Positions 41,701 to 55,607 of a stretch of DNA of 64,000 nucleotides are shown one piece after another. The notes under the pieces were generated by a model that was not told the DNA's origin, made no database searches, and saw only the letters and a program-made list of their open reading frames with translations. How positions within the stretch are numbered: position 1 is the first letter of the stretch; every line of letters starts with the position of its first letter. Source of the stretch: Paramecium tetraurelia. Lineage: Eukaryota. Both the position numbers and the translations under genes were made by a program. The stretch spans positions 434,001 through 498,000 of the forward strand of contig CT868185.1 in NCBI GenBank assembly GCA_000165425.1, in the 5' to 3' direction.

Positions 41701-44700
41701 AAGCCTAATTAGTTTGTCATCACTTGCTGAAGCTAGAATACTACCGTCCTATGAGACTGAGATGGCATTTATTTTTTTTTAATGTCCTTTCAGAGTTCCA
41801 ACAATCTTTTTTGCTTTTACATCCCAAAACATAATATTATTCTCTTCTGTACTTATTGCTAACCATTCTTAATAAGGCAGATATGTCATGCAATTGATGT
41901 CTTTCTTAGTTGTTCCAATCAGAGTTTTAGAAGATTATGATGTTGAGAATAGCATGATTTAGTTTTTATTATTAACAAACACAAATGAATCTTTTCCAAC
42001 TGCTTTCAAATAAGATCTAGAGAATCCTTCAATCTTTAAATTTTCTATTTATTTTATTACAAAATTGTTATTCTCCAAAATAGACATTTACACATAATCA
42101 TTAACAAAGCAAATTAATTCTTCATCAAAGCTTAATTAGAAACAATTGTAATATAATTTACTCCTTATCAATACAATTTATTTTGACTTTTAGGTGTCAA
42201 TAATTCGAAATGTTTTTTTCTCCTGATCTAAAATGGCTAGAAGTAATTATTTGTTAGATACTCCCTATCTTTAAAATATTTAAGCTTATTTTATATAAGG
42301 ATCTTTAATTGCATAATTCTTCTCTAACTGATATTGCATTCCTTTGCATATAATTTTTTGATTTTTTGTAATTGAAAATATTCTAATCATATAATATGAG
42401 CTTAACGAGAAATCATACCCACTGTTTGTAAATTTAATAAAGCAATCAGAAATTTTATTCTATAAATCAAAAGTGTCAATAATATTTAAGCTACCATTAG
42501 AGTATTCAATCAATAAAATTTTTGATTCTGCTTACACAATAATAAAATTGTTTTCTTAGCATAATGCTACAGCATTGACGTCTCCATTAAATGGAACCAT
42601 TTCTTTAGTATCTAATTATAATAGAGAGAGCTTTCTTGAATAGGATAAAATAATAAGGAATTACGATTTAATGGACATGAGCAATTGTTTAATGTACTGA
42701 TCTTAATTGATTGGAAATGCAAATAAAATATTGAATATATCTTTGATATTAATATACTGTCCATCTTTAATCCCTGCTCCAAGTTATTCATCTTCTTAAA
42801 TAGAGAATGAACTAATTCCTTCATGATAGCCGCAAAGTTTAATGTTGTGTAGATCACTGAGTTTCCATATTCTTACATAGTTTTCACCTTACAAAATTAA
42901 TATTTCATTCTATAAATACAATTAAGGCATAGCCTTTTCATTAATCTTTATTCCAGATATCTATTATCCTTTTTCACAATCCCAAATTTTAATCATTTAA
43001 TCATCACATTACAATAAAACATTTTATTTAGCATTGAGAAATTTTAAAGATTTTGTATTTTAGCTTACTTTAAAAGAAAAATTGCATTCTTCGAATTCAT
43101 TGCTAAATATATTTACCTCTAGGTTTTATGATAAAGCAATCATATCATTGGAAGATATTGCACCACAATCAAATTTCTATTCAAATGTTTATTCCAATTA
43201 AAAGCAATCTAAATTACAAACCAATAATTCTGAATTTGCATTTAACATAATAATTTGTTTATCATCATTAATAAAACTAAACTACTTAATTGGAAATTCA
43301 AACACTTAAGATCCAATAAACTTTAATGTAATATCAGAACGTTTCCATAATTCTACAACATTCCTTTGAAATAAAGCAACTAAATCAGTATTCTCAGAAA
43401 AAGTTATCTATTCAAAATCTTTTAAATAAGTGTTCTTTTTTTCAATTATCTAAAAAGTATTTAGATCCCATAAAATAAGTTCGCCAGGACTTCCAGAGAT
43501 TATAGATTTTTAATCATGAGTGAACATGAATTTGATTTTATCGTTCCTATGACCTTTTAACAATGTTTATCCATAATTCTGATTTTTGTTTTAAACGACA
43601 ATATTTTGATTATGATTGAGGCAAAACCCTATAAAATTATTATCTTATGAAAATGAGACGTATGCTTCTTCTTTAGATTCTTCAACTCTTAGTAGATTAT
43701 GTTCTACATCATAGATTTTGAACTAACTTTGAAATACCAACACAAATTATGAGCCATCTCTGGAATAATTTATGGATTTAATTATTAAATCACCAAAATT
43801 AATTCTTTTTTACACATTAAAAGGTTTAGAGTCTAAATTCCAAAATAGTAATTCATCTTAATATCCAACGGCAAGTTCATTTTTAGTTGATGAAAACTAA
43901 ACAGCCTTCACTTCTTTCTTTTGGTTTTCGAGTGATTCTTGAATTTATTAATTTTTATCCAAATCATAAATTTTAATAGACTAGTTCTCTGATGTAACGT
44001 AAGCTACAATCCAACTTTATGGTTTAACATAAAAGTGATCAACACTTAAACTAAATTTTCTAATCTCTAATTCCTTCTGAATTTTCTATGTATTTAATTT
44101 TAGTATTCTTTAGAAACTAGGCTTTAACTTTTAATCCTATTTAAGATTATTTATTAAAACCTTTGAACTGTTGTCATATGAAATATATAATTTTTCAAAA
44201 TTATTTGATAATATGTAACTAATCCAATAATTTGAATCCCAAAAGATTAAACATATCGTTTTAAGAGTTGAAACTTCCAAAATAATGAATTATTTGACTA
44301 CTTATTCAGCTTTTAAGAAAAAAGCCAATTTAAAGCCATCTTTAGAAAATTGTAACTGATTTGGTTGAAGATCAAAATTAATTGAATTAACCTATGATCC
44401 TGAAGTTGGTTCAATTATATTTAGTTTCTTTTCATAAACCACTGCAGCTATATTACCTTAAGGCGATAGTTAAATTTCAAAACATTAATCCTTTTCTATT
44501 TAACTTTAATTCTCATTCTAGATTAGTTCTCTTGAAAACAAAAATTCTTGTGCCCCAAAAATTATTTATTTATTATCTTATCCAAATATAATTGAATATA
44601 CTTTAATATTTTAATTGAAGTTAATTATTATTAATTCTTTTTTAGTATTCTCTTATATATTCCAAACAATTGCTTTACTACTAGTAGTTATTGCAAAATA

Positions 44701-47700
44701 AATCCCATCATGACTAAATGTAAAATCCATTATTCTAATCTAATTTGAATCAATAACAGGTTCAAGCGACGTTTAATCATTCGTTATGTAGTTAATTAAA
44801 TCAACTTATTTGTTTTGTTTTATAACTGCAACCATTGGTTCAGTTGGATGCAATGCAAATTATGTGATTAACGCATTATTGAGATTGAAAATACATTCTT
44901 CACTTTGACCATCCTTTAATAAATCTAAGATTTGGAAATTTCCATCTCCATCTTAAGAATATAACCTTTTTGAATCCTGAGAAATTTATACTTTTATGAC
45001 TTTGTTTTTCATTTCATCCACAATTTCACTTTTTAGAGGATTCTTTATATTCCATTTTCTAATAGTGCGGTCATCACTTCCTGAAAATAGTATTGAAGAA
45101 TCTGATGAAAAATATAGAGTATTAATTTTGGCTGTATGTCCTTCTAAGTCTTAAATAAATCGATAAGTTTCTGCATTCCATAATTTAATTTGATTTTCTG
45201 TACCTACTGATGCGATATACTACCCATCAGGAGAAAATTGAACTTCTAAAACTCCACTATTATAGCCTTTTAAAAAGGGTTTTTCTTTACAAATTACATT
45301 TAACCATTATGCGTTTGACAAGTTAGCAAAATTTAGATTGCATGAATTAATTTCAACATTTTTAAATATCGATTAACTTAAATCACAATCGAATAAACTT
45401 AGCCCAGAAATGTTTGTATTTTCCAATTCGATTCTGTTAAAATCTTGTGATCCCAAATAGACATTCATTTAACTTAATAAATACATGCTATTTGATGCTG
45501 CTCTACAATAAACTTTATTCCTAGAAAGTTTTACTATTTCAATCAATTATAAGTTCATGTTTTGAACATTGATTAATTTTTCTTTAATAAAATTGATTAC
45601 ACCCCTAAAGTTATCTGTGGAAATGTTGAATAAAGGATCATTAAAAACAGATTTAATCAAAATCTTTTGATTTTTAGATAATTCAACTTTCCTTTCTTCT
45701 TAGATATTAACATCAAAATTATCCAAAGATGTTAAAAGATCAAAAATATACTTTGCAACATAGAACTCTTAAATTGATTTGTGTGTAAATGAAAATGTAG
45801 TTCCTTTAGCACTTAATAAGATGCAACTTCGAATTAATTTCTTATAATCATCTTCCATATCAAAATATTAATTCAACCAATCATCAATAACTTATTCAAT
45901 TTTATAATTACTTTTTAGATCAAGCCTACCTTGTGGTTTATAACCAATTTATGATAACTCTCTCAAAGTCATATCAATGGCTAACGAATAAGAGAATTGA
46001 AAAATGTCACATGAGAAACTCTCGTAATTTGATACTTTACCAAGTTCTCTTTGTTTTTGAATTTACTGCTCATGATAAAAATTAATAAAACCTTCATAAA
46101 ATTCAAATACTGTGAATTTTTTCATTTTTAAAGCGATTATCACAGAATTAGTAACTTCAGAGCTTAATTTTACTGTATTACCATCAAAAACAATATTATC
46201 TGCATCACGATGTAATGTGCTAACTATTGAGTAGTTTTGAAAAAACTTCTGATTTTCTAATTTATCAACAATTTCATCTACTTTTGCTCTCTAAATTTTT
46301 AATTCAAGCTCTTCATCTTTCTCCTTTTCAGAAGTTTATTCATCATCAAGTTTTGATATGTCTTTTTGTTCATTTCCAACAGAAGGTTAATTCTCTTTTC
46401 TATAAAATTCTTGTGCATTTTATGACAGTTTTATTTATTTTTATAAATTCATAAAATTTTTAATAAAAATATCTTTTATCTAAGTAGACCCTGAATATCT
46501 TTTTGCCATATTAGGCAAAACCTAAACAATAATTTCTAGCATAAATGGAGTAGTCAATAAATCTTGGATCTTGATACTTTCAATAGCTGTTCTAAATTTA
46601 TTAGCACTCCATAAAGCTAATAATTCTTTTCGTAATCCTGTTGTTTATTCTTCTTTCAAAATTTCTAAGCTTTTATGAGTTTTTAGCCTATCAATAACTA
46701 CATCTTCTTCCTTATTTTGAAATATTCTATCTTAATTTCTAGAAAAAGATTTATTAATGCAAACAATCACTTATTAAGAAATCAAACCCCAAATAGTTAG
46801 AAACTCTTTCAAATCAAAGGACTATCCAGAAATTGATTTTACAAACTCATAAACTTCTTTTATTTTCCTTTTAACACTCAATTCAACATATTAATTTAGA
46901 TATTCCATTTGTTGCTACTCATTAAAATTTTATAACTAAACTTCCTTCAACTTTATTAGACTTTCTCCGTAAAACCATGTTTAATATCCCGAGACATTCA
47001 GTATTTCTTTTCTTGTTGTGATTATTACTTTCATTTACCTATTTACTTTATCAATATTTAATTCTTAAATCAATTTATTTGTCATAATTAGATTTTATTA
47101 GATACAATCTTATTTCATTTCATCATAACTATCAAGTATTAAAATGATAAATTCTTTTTTATTTTAAATCGCATCTTTAAATTCTCTAAGTTAATATTTA
47201 TCAAATTAATAATTATCAGATTCTAATGCTTATTCAAATAAATTATATTTTGGATTTTTTAAAGTTGGAAGTGATACAAAGATTGGAATCCATTTCGAAT
47301 TAATTTCTCTTTATTTCCATAGAAATTCTTCAATTTTTCTAGCTGCTTTACTTTTACCAGAACCAGCATTTCCTGAAAGTAACATAACATCATTTGATTT
47401 AGATTCATCCCAAATAAATTCATTGACTTCACCTGTGAAATCATTCCATTATTCACTCATTAAATTGGTTATTGTTATTCCATCTTTGGATTTAATAATT
47501 TCCCCAGTAACAGGATCATATTCAATGGTTTTCAATTAAACATATACAGAATCTACTTCTGCTAATCTAGATTATAATAATATCTTTTATTTTCTTATTT
47601 CTAATAATTCATCATATCTTTTTCCTCTTAATTTTCGAATATCATCCCCAACTTAATTTAAACTCTCTTATAAATTATCAATTTAATTTTTTATTTACTT

Positions 47701-50700
47701 CACATCTTTTGATATATCCTTTAAAAATAATAAACTAATATCCATAGCATCAGATAATTCTGAAATGTTATCTAAAGATTCGTCTAGCTCTTCATATTAT
47801 TATTTTAATTTTAATTGAAGTTTTTCTCTTTTTTAAGAATTTCCTTCAAGTTTAATTTACTGTTGTAGGTTTTCAAGCTTTTACATTCTTTCTTTCAATT
47901 CATCTTTCAAAGAACCTGATAAATTATCTAAGTCTTATGAAAATAATTATTTTTAAATTTAAACTAGTTCTTTGTTTTTCAATAAATTTCTAACTTTTTA
48001 GTCTTTTTCAAATACCCACATATGCTATATCTATTTAGTTGAGAACGAGCTTATCTATTATTCTTGAATGCTTTATTATAGTCTTATTAAATTGTATACT
48101 AACCCCTCTCTGACCTTATTGTCAAGATTAAATTTAATTGAATCAAATATCTTTTCCTTGATTTCATCATATGTATTTTTCATCTCTTGCCATATACAAG
48201 CATTTACTTCATCAGGTTTTAACCCTTTTGAGTATTCTTAATTGGATTTCAAATTGAAAAATGCCAAAAACTCAGATAATTTTAGATTCACGATTAATCG
48301 CCATTCAATTTATTGATTTTCAATTGAAAATTTAGCATTCAATTAATTAATTTATGATATAACTTTTAAGTTAAAAAACTTTTCGCTCTTTTCCTTTAGA
48401 TTATTTATTGATGCATTAATGTTTTGTTATTCTTAATTTTATAATTGAACAAGTTGATCTTTCAGTTTATTTTACTCCTCATTTGATTGCTCTTATAATA
48501 TGATTTATTGGATTTTTGTTTGTTTCTGTTTCTAAATTTGTTTCTATTGATGAATTAAGCTTAGTCCAAGTTATAATAATTTTTTATAAGATTTAAAATA
48601 ATTATTACTTTGCTTAATAAGTGTTAACATCTATTCGTTGTGATTATTTATTTAGGCAAAAAATTATAGAGATTCATCTCTCTACTCATAGACTTCCAAT
48701 TTTTTTTCATTATTATTATTATTAAAATTATTGACAGCATCTAAAACTTGATCATACTTTGTTTAAAGATTTTCTAAAGTCGATAGTTCTTCAGGATCTT
48801 TTTAAACTTAAAGGATAAGAAATTATGCTTCTGCCAAAAATTTTAATATTTAATCGCATAATTCTAAATTTTGTTAACTTTAGAATTCATTTATAATTTA
48901 GTCAAAATCAGCTTAAATTTAAGCCACCAAATTTTTACAACTTACTTTAAAATTTTAATCCTCACCTTCTTCAGTGTTTGCATTGACAAATGTTGATAAT
49001 TTTGATTTTTATTACACCAAAATCTAAGCAATATTGGTTTTAAAATTTTAGTCTTCCTATTCATTTGATGATTCAGATTGCCTGGTGAAATCTTAAAGTT
49101 AGGACCTTATGCTCTTTAAATAATGTTTTTGTACATTTAAGAATTACTTTAAGAATGATAAAATTATTATACAGAATTTGCAGTTAATGAAAACTTATTA
49201 GGCATTTTCTAGAGTAATGAATTGTTGATTGAATAAGTTAAATTTTGAATCGAAAACATTTTTTAGTCTTCCAATTACTTTATTGATCCATTATCCTTTG
49301 CAATTGTATTCAATTATTTCCCAAATATTGGTAACTTATAATGGTATGGCTTTTTCAATTTTCTCTTCTTTTGAAAGATATTTAGAAAAATGTTGTTTAA
49401 AGAAGTTCAAGCTCAAAGTAAATTGCACAAAGTTTTTATCAAAAGTGAAAAAGAAATCTTAAAAATAATTAATTTCAAATAAGTTCATTATTTTATCCAA
49501 ATCTACTTCATTTTTCATTGCTAAAAATAAGCTTGCTTCATATATTTAACTTGCAAATTCAATGACATTAAAGAATAAATTTAATAATTAGTCAATAAAT
49601 TCAATTAAATAAATTTTCACAAAATCATTAATTTTTGCTTAATAATCTAATAAAACAGATTTATTTTTTTAAATTGTGATTTAATTTAGATAAGGGGTAA
49701 GCATATTTATTTTAGCAGCTTCAAATAATGATAATTCAAGAATATAATTTGATAATAGAATCAATTTTTTATAGATTTCTAAAAATTATTTTAAAGATAC
49801 TTTTTAATCATCCTAAATGATTTAAATTGAAATATAAGAGTCCTATTTAAAATAGTTTTGAAAGGATTGTATTATTTGTTGATTTACTGAGATTAATTCA
49901 TCCTTTTAAGACTTCAGATTATTAAATAATTTTTAAAGTACCTCTTATTCATAATTTGCTAATATGATTTCATAGTCTTATTATGATTTCTTACTTTAGT
50001 TTTTGAACTAAAAATTTTTATAAAACTCCCAATGATTAATATTATGAGTAAGTTCTCCTTTCAATAGAAATTAAGAAAATAATAAAAACTTTTTCTTCCC
50101 ATATAACTCCAATAAATCTGTTGCTTCGAAGTCATGAACTTAACTAGATTAATTTTAAAAGAATGTTATAATAGCTTGATTCTTATCGTAAGAAACACAA
50201 TGTATTAAATCGTTTTCAATAAGAAGATTCCATTTATTTAATGATTAATTTTTTTGCTTTTTCAAAATAATAGACTTATCGATAATAGGCCGATAAGCAA
50301 TTATATCAAAAATCATTTAAATCCAACAAAAATGCAAGATCCAATTATTAGAAGTTAGTATATATTATTAAAAAACATCTTTTAGTTATTATATTTATTT
50401 GTAGACTGATTACTTTGATTTTAATTGTCTTATTATTGACCATTTTATTAATTAAAATAAGTAATATGTTTAATAGGTTTCTTTAGGGTACATAGTTTAT
50501 TCAATTCCTTTATTTAAAAGATATCGACCTCCATTAACGATAGTGGAAAGTAGATCTTCTGTTGGAGAGAAGGACACAATTGATTTACCTGCTTCCTTAA
50601 AAAAGTCAATTAATAAATCAGTTCCTTCAGTTGAATTAGTTTATGAGTTCATTATCATAATTTTCATTATTGTTACTTCAAATTCGATCCCGGTCTTCCA

Positions 50701-51366
50701 AACATTTGCTTATTCAATTTCTAATTGAGTGTTGAATTCTGATAACTTCTATAAGTAATCCTATTATACTGAAGCTTCAAAATATCTTTTAGGATTGTTT
50801 AATTAGAATGCATACATAATCCTTAATAATTCATTACAAATTTATAAAATTTAATAGCAAATAAATCCAGAAATTCTTAGGTAAGTTGCAAGCACTGTCA
50901 AAATATTATCAAAATTTTCTTAAACTAACTCATAAATTTTGTCAGTTTCTTTTTGATCTATACAAAAATAATTCAAATGTTCTCTGTTATGAATAAACCA
51001 TTACACTTTCATTAATAATTCATTTCTTTTGGTAGGGTCTCCTATAAATTTAGCTCCTTCTACTATTATGGTAAGGGTGTCACTCAGATTTGTTCTATAG
51101 TTGTCAGGTAACGATGATGAAATCATTAAATTTTAGTCTGCCTTTACTTTCTTATCAATCACACAATCTACTTTTGATTATCCGCATCCTCCACCTCTTA
51201 AATTAATCGTATTCTTGTAGTAGATTTGCTTTTAAGAATTTTGACTATCGATATATGATACATGTATTAGAAAGTCTTATAAAGCTTAGAATAGTATTTC
51301 AATCATTTCTGTATGTATTTCTCTATTTTAAGTTACCATTAATTCATTCATCAATGTGGCTAACAT
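38731..51366 (-). CDS. Giant NACHT-pentapeptide-WD40 protein, diverged paralogue B (~4211 aa)
   Basis: 12636 nt, same frame at start, LRGGGCGQSK (51172-51201), Walker A (~47350-47375), pentapeptides (~45300-45430), WD40s (SVSQDGSILASASDDKLIRLW at ~41700-41760) and the end SIIELFLQKGACQ-TGA. Frame spot-checked, not codon by codon. Alternative in-frame ATGs at 51351, 51339 and 51306. Confidence 0.88.
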
Positions 51367-51699
51367 TTTAAATTTTATGAAAATAAAGAAAAAATCACAG
51401 TCACAAATAAAAAGATTCGATTATTAAACTTAAATCATATTTTTCAGTTACTTTTTGTATATTTAATTTAATCAAATATATAATAATAATCAACAATAAA
51501 TAACACACGCTTAATATATTTTATTAATAACTTGTATTTCATACTTTATTATTTAATCTCCCATAGTGAAAAACCTGATTTTAGAAGAGCAATTAGACTA
51601 ATTTAGTTAAATATAATGAGTTATAAAATAGATTCTTATATTTTTGTGTATAAACAATATTGAAGAAACATATAACTTACAAAAATATATATTGTATTT

Positions 51700-52500
51700 C
51701 AATGTTCACTCTTCAATATAACATTCTCTATGATTCTCCGAGACTTAATACTAATTCAATTTAAAAATTAGACTAATAAGCTCTAATATTTTTCTCTAAG
51801 AGAAATAGGCTAATTATATAAAATAAGCATTTTAGAAGTACACTATTTTATATTTGATGATTACCTGCTTATTTTAAGCAATAAAATTATGCATAAGCAC
51901 CCTTAAATAAATATAGATTATTGATTGGAAAAAATAAATTACCAGAATATTCATTCAGATAATGAAAGTTTATTTTCAAAAGGCATATTCATTGAATAGA
52001 TAAACAATTTTAATTTCCTAATTAAGAAGAATAAAATGATTTTTCATAGGGAATTGAGTTTGTTGAAAGTGAAGTGGAATCATTAATGAAGTACAATGAG
52101 AATTCCTTATAATGATTTTTATGCATCTTTCATTAATAAATGTAGGTATTAGCCAACAGTTATTATAGCAAATTAAAGAAGATTTCATTTATTCTTTTTT
52201 TAAGATATTAAAATATAAAATATATGTCTATAGGAATTTGTATTAGATCATGAACATTACAGAAATTTATATTCAGATATATGTAATCAAATATTTATTT
52301 CTTGTGGAAATAAAAATGTAATAATGTTCAGCCTATGATAGCCAATGCAGAAATTCGATTAGATGTGCAATTAAATTAATTATTTAATAGTGAAAATCAT
52401 AAATTCAAATTTTATATTGGAGAAATCATCATAAGTAGATTAATCTGTAATAGATGATTTATTAAATTTAAATCTACCAAAATTTCAAATTAAGCTAAAT
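51700..52500. pseudogene. Unidentified, probably decayed coding segment
   Basis: Homologous to 9230-9850. The plus-strand frames tried hit TGA quickly, and no family was recognised. Confidence 0.35.
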
Positions 52501-52743
52501 TCTGATTGCTTAACTTTTTAATATATATAATGAACATTTTGATTGATTATCAATTAAAATTATAAATAATCTATTTATATATATAAACTTATAAAAATTA
52601 GTCATATGTTGGAAATAATTAAGATGCAGACTTAAAATAAGGAAGTATTTTTTTAATTTTCACTCTTTATTAGCCAATGTCAATATAAGTAAAAATAGTA
52701 AAGTTAAATATAATATATTTATAGCAAAATATTAATTATATTT

Positions 52744-54377
52744 TCACTTCTTCTTTTTCTTTTTTGGTCTTTGCATGACAACACTTTCTAGGGGAAGAGG
52801 CATTCTTAATCCATCATCCTTAGGATCTGTCATTTTATTTATTGTTCGAATAATATTGACTTTTGGATACTCATTTCTTTTTTCTTACAAGAAGGCATCC
52901 GATATTTCAGGAGTAAAATTAATTGAAATAACCTATAGATTGGGTAATGCCTTGATAATTAAATAAATAAAATACTTTGAGTATTCCTTCCAATCCTTGT
53001 TCTCCCAATTTACTACAATTATTAAGCTCAAGCATTTCAAGTTTATTACATGACTAAGCAATATAAACTAGAGTATTGTCAGCAAGATATTGAATTCCTC
53101 CTAATTTAAGTTATTTCAGTTTGTGTAAGGAACTCAATCTGCCTACTGAAGAATCACTAATATTGGTTGATCCAGAAAGTATGAGAGTATGAATGTTTGT
53201 ACAAAGGGAAGTAGCAGAAATGACTGAATCACTAATATCTTTTGTAGGAATGAAAGACACATCTAATAGTTCCATATCTACTTTAGAACGGGAAATTAGA
53301 TCAGATAATAAATCTGCTTATAGGTTTTCTACTGTTGCTATTTAAAGTTCTTATAATCTACATCCACTTTAAAGTAGATATTTTGTAAAGTTACTTGTTA
53401 GATTGTTACAAAATGAAATATTAATTCTTTAGAGTAAAGGAGCATTTTAGAGAGGCTCTAATGAGTAGTCAGTTATAGATTATAAATTGCTAGCACATTT
53501 GAAACCCTGCAAATATTTTGAAGTAAAATCCAAAAAGTTTCTGATTCCAATTTCTGTCAATTTTTGACATGATGACACATCAATGTATTTCAAATTTTTA
53601 CATGATTTTGCTAATTCCATTAAAATATCATCCTCTAAGTCTGTATTTGAGAGGACTATCTCTTCAAGATTGATAGCGAAGTATCCAATTTTGCTTATTT
53701 GTTCCATCTTCAACCATGTGTGATTATGCAAATTCAAGAATCTTAACTTAGGAGTTAATACTTCTTATAGATTCTACTCAGAAAGTATTGAGTTTGGCAA
53801 TTTCTATTTTATAATTAAAGTATAATACCTTTAAATGTCTGATGTCTTCATTTTCATAAGACTAATTGTATACAACATCCCCAACTTGACGAATGTTTCG
53901 AGTAAAGTTTTCATTCTATTCCTATTTGAATTGACTATTGATTGGTTTAATATTCAAATAAGGATCATAGTCCTTATAGGTTTAATTATAAATAAGAGCC
54001 TTGGATTCAGGCTTTGCGGTTGTTAACTACTTAAGGGTCTTCTTAAATCCTGGAGGTGGGACACCGACATCTTCAGGAATTACAGCTTCCTTTGTTAGCT
54101 GATAATTCGTAAATGGTTTTATTAGTTGATTATTTTATTATTCCTAATTTTAGAACTTGAGTAATACTTTTTTGCGTTTCTAATAGAGAAAATCAAGATT
54201 GTCATCGTATTCTTTTGGTTTTGGTTTAGGCATAAATTAAGGATTCTAAAGTACACGAGGGTAGTTCATGGAACACCAACCAAGGAGACTACTATGCTGA
54301 TTGAAAGCAGGAAACTAAACACGCTCTATGTTCTTATTGACAGTTTCCTTTATAGAGAACTCTTTATCATTTTTCAT
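52744..54377 (-). CDS. Leucine-rich repeat protein (cysteine-containing FBXL/AMN1-type LRRs), with short introns
   Basis: LEEIVLSNTDLEDDILMELAKSCKNLKYIDVSSCQKLTEIGI; CTNIHTLILSGSTNISDSSV; SCNKLEMLELNNCSKLGEQGL. Ends QRPKKKKKK-TGA at 52744. Introns of ~25 nt near 53804-53828 and 52951-52975. Start codon tentative (an alternative ATG lies at ~54269). Confidence 0.82.
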
Positions 54378-54389
54378 TTAATAAAATAA

Positions 54390-55607
54390 TCAGACTGTTA
54401 TATTCTAAATTAAACTTGGGAAATCGTTGTAGTTTCTATTAAATACTTGGATTACTTCTGTTAAGATGTCACTTTATTAAGTTCTAGAGTTTAGAAATTA
54501 CAGCATACCTAATCTTAGTAGCCTCAACATATCCATTGTGATAATCAACACAAGTTCGTTCCCAATCATCCTTTTGTTTTCTCAGAAGAGTAGATTTCTA
54601 TGCTTAATCAATGATATTACATCAGTATTGAATCTAATATCATTATTCAATTCAAGTATGGTTTGATTGATTATTAAGACTCGAGCTTTGAATGTTGCAA
54701 TAGTAGCTTATAATCTTCTGTTTTAAATAACTATTCTTTCCTTTTAGTTTTAATAGTCTTGTTCTCTTGCATTGTCTTCCAATAATTCTTTCTTCAAAAG
54801 ATCGAATATGCTTTCAATCAACTCATCAATTATCTCTTATATCTTTGCTACTCCTTGTTAATTTGCCTGAATTCCAGGGTCTCTATTGTAAAATAACTAG
54901 AATTTTACTGTGATGTTTCCAAAAGCAATTCATACAGCAATCCAATTCCATTTGATTGTTTTTTTAAAGACTTTTAATGTGCTTCCAATTCATTGAACAT
55001 AAATTATGAAAATTCAAGGAATGAGTATGTTCCAGCCAAAGGATCCCATTTCTTTGTACTTAATTTACTAATTATTCTTTTTCCTTCTTGCAATGCACCT
55101 ATCATGGTAGTTAATTCATCTCTTCTTGCTTCATATTATTACTATATTTATTTAAAATATTTATAATACTCTTGTTAAATCTCTTTACTCTGTTAAATCG
55201 GCAATACGCTAATTATTTCGATCTTCTATTTCTTATTTATCCAATAATTGTCTCTATTTATTTTTTTATTCTTAAACGAATAATGGCAATGTTTGTTAAT
55301 CTTTTGCTAATTAATATTCGGATGAATCTATAACGAATAATATCTCATCGTATTTGTCATCACAGAATTGTGTGTGATCCCTTGACTTCTATCTCTCAAC
55401 ATCCTATTCTCCATTTATTCTCTCCTTCATTTAAGTGAGGAGATCAATTATTTTATCAACACTGCTGTTTCCTTCCAATTGAACCTATATTGTTTGAATT
55501 ATAGTCTTTCCAAATTCACTGTTTTGTAGAGATTACAACAGTGTTTCACTCTCACTCAAACTACTTGCAAATATTACAAGAGAACATAATAATATAAGCT
55601 TATGCAT
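54390..55607 (-). CDS. Trichocyst matrix protein / granule lattice-type precursor (~371 aa, 4 introns)
   Basis: Signal peptide MHKLILLCSLVIFASS, then LQNSEFGKTIIQTIQVQLEGNSSVDKIIDLLTQMKERINGEQ and HTQFCDD. Second half ANQQGVAKIQEIIDELI...DWERTC. Removing GT..AG introns of 28, 26, 23 and 25 nt leaves 1116 nt in frame. Confidence 0.8.

Noticed and set aside
42612..50728. Short track ORFs inside gene B (42612-42857, 44394-44591, 46227-46454, 49229-49462, 50543-50728)
   Set aside because: Antisense or off-frame overlaps of the long B reading frame with no protein-family features.
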